Of a DNA stretch of 64,000 nucleotides, positions 59,944-64,000 are shown in pieces (positions within the stretch are counted from its first letter, which is position 1; the number at the start of each line of letters is the position of its first letter). The position numbers and the translations under genes are program-made. The stretch spans positions 659,071 through 723,070 of the forward strand of contig KB906767.1 of NCBI GenBank assembly GCA_000381625.1, in the 5' to 3' direction. The stretch comes from Bryobacterales bacterium KBS 96. Lineage in GTDB: Bacteria > Acidobacteriota > Terriglobia > Bryobacterales > Bryobacteraceae. Below the pieces are notes generated by a model. The model was not told where the DNA came from. It worked only from the letters and a program-made list of their open reading frames with translations, and ran no database searches.

Positions 59944-62454
59944 TTACGCTGGGAAGCCCCGCGCATCGTTAACACTGCTCGCGGCTTGCGTCAGGGACCA
60001 TTTTAACTGTTCCTCCAACGCTCCCGCGAGCTTCGCGCCGGCGCGCGTGACGTAGAACACGTCGATGGCCTTCTGTGCTTCGGTATCAATGAGCACCAGC
60101 TCGATATCGCATCCGGCTTCGGAAAACGCGGCGGCCAAATCATATAGCAAACCGGGCCGGTCTTCGCCAACAAATTCGACAAGAGTGGCGACGCCGGACA
60201 CTTCGTTGTTAAAACGAACAATCGGCGCCAGGCGCGCTGCGTGACCCTGGCGCGGAGGCTGTCGCCTTCGCTTCAGCAGAACCTTAACGTCCTCAGCGCC
60301 GAGCACAACCCGTTCAACGATTTTTCGAAGGTGATCTGTTTCGGTGGGGTTTAGTTCCAGCGTGTGAAGCGGATCGGTAAATCGGAATTGATCTAGCGCG
60401 AGACCGGATGCATTCGCATAGGCCTCCGCCTTCACAATATTTAGACCGAAGCTGGCAAGCGCGCCGCATATAGACGCAAATAATCCAGGCCGGTCGTTCG
60501 CCAGCACTGTCGCCAGAAATGAGCCTTTCTGTTGAGTTACTTCGACAGCGGCTCCGTATTCCTCGGCCCGGCGCACTAGAGATTGGTGACGCGCGATTTC
60601 TTCACGGGTGTGCGTGCGCAGATACCGGGTAGGAAAGCCTTCCAGAAATTTGGCAACCTCTGGTGTACGGTCTTCAGGAGGCAGAGCTTGCACGTCGTGA
60701 ATACGGTCGCTCTCCAGTTCGCGCGTCAGTTGTTGCTGTCCGGCGCCGTAGGCGCGCCAGAGTTGTTCGAAGCGCCAGGGCGTCATAGCTGTCGGATTAA
60801 CCGCGCTGATGTCCGCGTAAGTCAGCAGCGTAAGATAGCGCAGATATTCAAGAGTCCGTGCCCGCGATGCCAGATAGCGGGCCGTTGCCGGATCGGCGAG
60901 ATCGCGGCCATTCATCACCGACGAGAGATCCAGATGATGCTCGATCAGCAATAGCGCAATTTCCTCATGGCTGCGCGGCATGCCGATTCGAGCGGCAATC
61001 GCCAGGGCAGTTTCGAGTGAGCCGGTGACATGATCACCCGGCTTTGTACCTTTTCCGATATCGTGCAACAGCAGTGCAAACCGGAGAATGGCGATGTCTT
61101 CCACTTCTCGCAGCAATTCCTGAAGCCGTTTCGATGTTCCGTTCTCGCGAGTCGCCAGGCGGTCGATCACCTCGACCGCAATCAGAGTATGTTCATCGAC
61201 GGTATACCGGTGATAAAAATCGCGCACCACGAGGCTGTCGATGGATCGCCATTCAGGAATCGACGCCGTCAGAATTCCGGCTTCCTGCATCTCGCGCAAG
61301 GCCAATCCCGCATGGGGCTGGCTGAGTAGATCGTTCCAGGACGTCCATGTCGCGGGTGATGCCGCGAACTTCCCGGCGAGACCGGCGGCCTCCACACGCA
61401 GCCGGCGCTGCGCGTCCCAGGAGAGTCGAATTCCGTGACGTGCAACGAACGTGAACAACCTGAGCACCGAAGAAGGCGAATAGGTGCTTTCCGCGATATT
61501 ACGGAGAAAAATGCGATTGCGCGAAACCGTGTACTCGGTGGTGGAGAGCCGCGACCGCCGGTCCCGGAAATGGCGAAGCAGCGAGGAGTCGAGCGATTCC
61601 GTATACTCCAATGCACGGGCCGCCGCTTGCCAGACGTCGCGAGCGCAGTAAAAATAGAACCGCATCCATTCGCCAGGATCGAGACCGCCGGCCAAATCGC
61701 GGGCCGCGTCGTCCTGCATCTCGAAGCTCAGCAGATTGTTATCGCGGCCGGATTTCTCATGCAAAAAAACGCGCAGCGCAAACAAGAGAGACCGCGCGGC
61801 TCCGAGACCGGCGAGCGATTCCCGAATGGCTTCGTGCGCTGGAATCAACTGCGTCAGCCAGCGAAGGAATTGAAGGTCACGGAGGCCGCCCGGCGTTTCC
61901 TTGATATTTGGCTCGAGATGATAGATGGTCTCGTTGTACTTCGCATGTCGCGCGCGAGTCAGTTCCGCAAGCGCCTGCGCGAGTTTTTCTCCCGAGCGCT
62001 TGTAGAACTGTGCCGCGCGCTCTTGCAGGTCATTGAATAAATTCAAATCGCCGTACAAAAAGCGCAGGTCCAGCAGGCTGATATTCAGCTCGACGTTCTG
62101 ATCCTGAAGCCGGCAGCATTCGGCGATAGTGCGCGTGGACTGGCTGAGGCGCAGACCCTGGTCCCAAAGCTTGCGGATAAAACCGGCAAGCGGCTCTTTG
62201 ATGGCCGCCAGGTCTTCTTCCGACTGAACGGCGACCAACACGTCGACATCGGAATGTGGAAAAAGCTCGCTTCGTCCATAACCGCCGACCGCCGCGATTG
62301 TGAACGGCGGCAACCCGGGGCTGCTAAGAAATGCCGAAGCGGCGCCCTTTACACAATCGTCGACGCGAGCAGTCCTGCCGGCAAGAACATCCTCCCCGGC
62401 GTCCGGTCCCGGCGAATGGGAGAGCATCGTCTTGATAGAAGGCACCGTGGACAC
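59944..62454 (-). CDS. glnD: Bifunctional [protein-PII] uridylyltransferase/uridylyl-removing enzyme
   Basis: Nucleotidyltransferase, HD and tandem ACT domains; 836 aa. Confidence 0.9.
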   Translation of the reverse strand: MSTVPSIKTMLSHSPGPDAGEDVLAGRTARVDDCVKGAASAFLSSPGLPPFTIAAVGGYGRSELFPHSDVDVLVAVQSEEDLAAIKEPLAGFIRKLWDQGLRLSQSTRTIAECCRLQDQNVELNISLLDLRFLYGDLNLFNDLQERAAQFYKRSGEKLAQALAELTRARHAKYNETIYHLEPNIKETPGGLRDLQFLRWLTQLIPAHEAIRESLAGLGAARSLLFALRVFLHEKSGRDNNLLSFEMQDDAARDLAGGLDPGEWMRFYFYCARDVWQAAARALEYTESLDSSLLRHFRDRRSRLSTTEYTVSRNRIFLRNIAESTYSPSSVLRLFTFVARHGIRLSWDAQRRLRVEAAGLAGKFAASPATWTSWNDLLSQPHAGLALREMQEAGILTASIPEWRSIDSLVVRDFYHRYTVDEHTLIAVEVIDRLATRENGTSKRLQELLREVEDIAILRFALLLHDIGKGTKPGDHVTGSLETALAIAARIGMPRSHEEIALLLIEHHLDLSSVMNGRDLADPATARYLASRARTLEYLRYLTLLTYADISAVNPTAMTPWRFEQLWRAYGAGQQQLTRELESDRIHDVQALPPEDRTPEVAKFLEGFPTRYLRTHTREEIARHQSLVRRAEEYGAAVEVTQQKGSFLATVLANDRPGLFASICGALASFGLNIVKAEAYANASGLALDQFRFTDPLHTLELNPTETDHLRKIVERVVLGAEDVKVLLKRRRQPPRQGHAARLAPIVRFNNEVSGVATLVEFVGEDRPGLLYDLAAAFSEAGCDIELVLIDTEAQKAIDVFYVTRAGAKLAGALEEQLKWSLTQAASSVNDARGFPA

Positions 62455-62457
62455 TAC

Positions 62458-62814
<357 letters not shown>

Positions 62815-64000
62815 CTAGGATTCCAGGTTGTACGCTTCTTCGCCGTGCATGCTCAGGTCGAGTCCTTCAATCTCGTCTTCCTTCGACGCTCTGACTCCGA
62901 CTAGCATGTCGACAATTTTCAGGATGACGAGCGTTCCGACAATCGCCAGGGCCCAGGAAATCAGCACTCCGATGAACTGGTTTCCAACCTGCGCCGCGTT
63001 ACCGTCGACAAGTCCAAGAGGCAGCAACTTACCCGAAGCGTCCTTCAGTCCTTCATTGATTGCGTTCGTCGCGAAGACGCCTGTCAGCAGCGCGCCGAGC
63101 GTACCTCCGGCGCCATGCACGCCAAAGGCATCGAGCGTATCGTCGTAGCCGAACTTCGATTTTACGGCCGTGACCATGAAGAAGCAGAAGATGCCCGCGG
63201 AAAAGCCGATCAGCATTGCCGGGAACGGTCTCACGAAACCGGAAGCGGGAGTGATCGCAACCAACCCGGCAACACAACCGGAGATTGCGCCTAGGATGCT
63301 TGGCTTGCCCATTCTCCACCACTCGGCGAGGGTCCAACCCAGGGTGGCGGCCGCGGCGCCGAAATGCGTCGCGACAAACGCGCTGGTGGCCAGCCCCGAG
63401 GCGGCGAGCGCGCTGCCTGCATTGAAGCCAAACCAGCCCACCCAGAGAAGGCAGGCGCCGATGACGCTAATGACCAGATTGTGAGGCTTCATTGGCTCTC
63501 TTGGAAACCCTAGCCGCTTGCCCAGATATAAGGCGCACACCAGAGCGCTTACGCCTGACGTGATGTGAACAACCGTGCCGCCTGCAAAGTCGAAGCAAGG
63601 AATGCTTCCGCCCAAGAACGCATTGAGAAGGCCGCCTTTACCCCAGACCATGTGCGCCATTGGAAAGTAAACAACGGTCGTCCACAGTACGGTGAAAAGC
63701 AGCATGGCGCTGAACTTCATGCGCTCGGCAAACGCTCCGGAGATCAGCGCCGGAGTGATGATGGCGAACATTAGCTGATAGATCATGAACGTCTGCTGCG
63801 GGATCGTAGCAGCGTAGTCGGTATTCGGCGCATTGCCGACGCCATTCAGAAACAAGTACTGCAGACCACCAACAAACGGATTGCCCTGGCCGAAGGCCAG
63901 GCTATAACCATAAACAGCCCACAGCACTGTTACTACGGCCATCAGAATGAAGCTGTGCATCATGGTGCTTAGCACGTTCTTCGGCCGCACAAGTCCGCCG
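62815..64000 (-). CDS. amtB: Ammonium transporter (Amt family); N-terminus probably beyond the window end
   Basis: 11-TM Amt fold (DFAGGTVVHI..). The reading frame stays open to position 64000. Confidence 0.85.
   Translation of the reverse strand, partial: GGLVRPKNVLSTMMHSFILMAVVTVLWAVYGYSLAFGQGNPFVGGLQYLFLNGVGNAPNTDYAATIPQQTFMIYQLMFAIITPALISGAFAERMKFSAMLLFTVLWTTVVYFPMAHMVWGKGGLLNAFLGGSIPCFDFAGGTVVHITSGVSALVCALYLGKRLGFPREPMKPHNLVISVIGACLLWVGWFGFNAGSALAASGLATSAFVATHFGAAAATLGWTLAEWWRMGKPSILGAISGCVAGLVAITPASGFVRPFPAMLIGFSAGIFCFFMVTAVKSKFGYDDTLDAFGVHGAGGTLGALLTGVFATNAINEGLKDASGKLLPLGLVDGNAAQVGNQFIGVLISWALAIVGTLVILKIVDMLVGVRASKEDEIEGLDLSMHGEEAYNLES

Overview
This is a gene-dense chromosomal window of about 59% GC, coding on both strands, with no rRNA, tRNA, CRISPR array, transposase or integrase recognisable by eye. 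The gene content points to an Acidobacteria-type genome (inference). The evidence is two ADOP-type MacB/FtsX permeases, a tandem VWA pair of the Acidobacteria-specific kind, a TonB-dependent receptor with a carboxypeptidase-regulatory-like N-terminus, and a PEGA-domain Ser/Thr kinase. Housekeeping genes include metH, guaB, pyrG, kdsA, kdsB, lipA, serS, a citrate synthase, a fused alpha/beta 2-oxoacid dehydrogenase E1, murJ, hemQ and ctaA. Nitrogen control genes are an NtrY/NtrX-like pair and amtB-glnK-glnD. The most interesting region is a compact, translationally coupled cbb3-type oxidase locus (ccoS-ccoN-ccoO, a monoheme CcoP-like cytochrome, a CcoI-like Cu-ATPase lacking an HMA domain, and an uncharacterised 6-TM Met/His-rich protein) that lacks ccoG, ccoH and ccoQ. 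Upstream of it lie a consensus CRP/FNR-type palindrome and a small acidic unannotated ORF. A second notable cluster has a membrane-fusion protein, two MacB-type ATPases with a coupled small His-rich TM ORF between them, and a sigma54 two-component pair, with no cognate permease. A ParE/Phd toxin-antitoxin pair sits in a low-GC patch next to lipA. Most start coordinates were re-derived from the ORF track by checking in-frame start codons; motif coordinates may be off by 1 to 2 nt.
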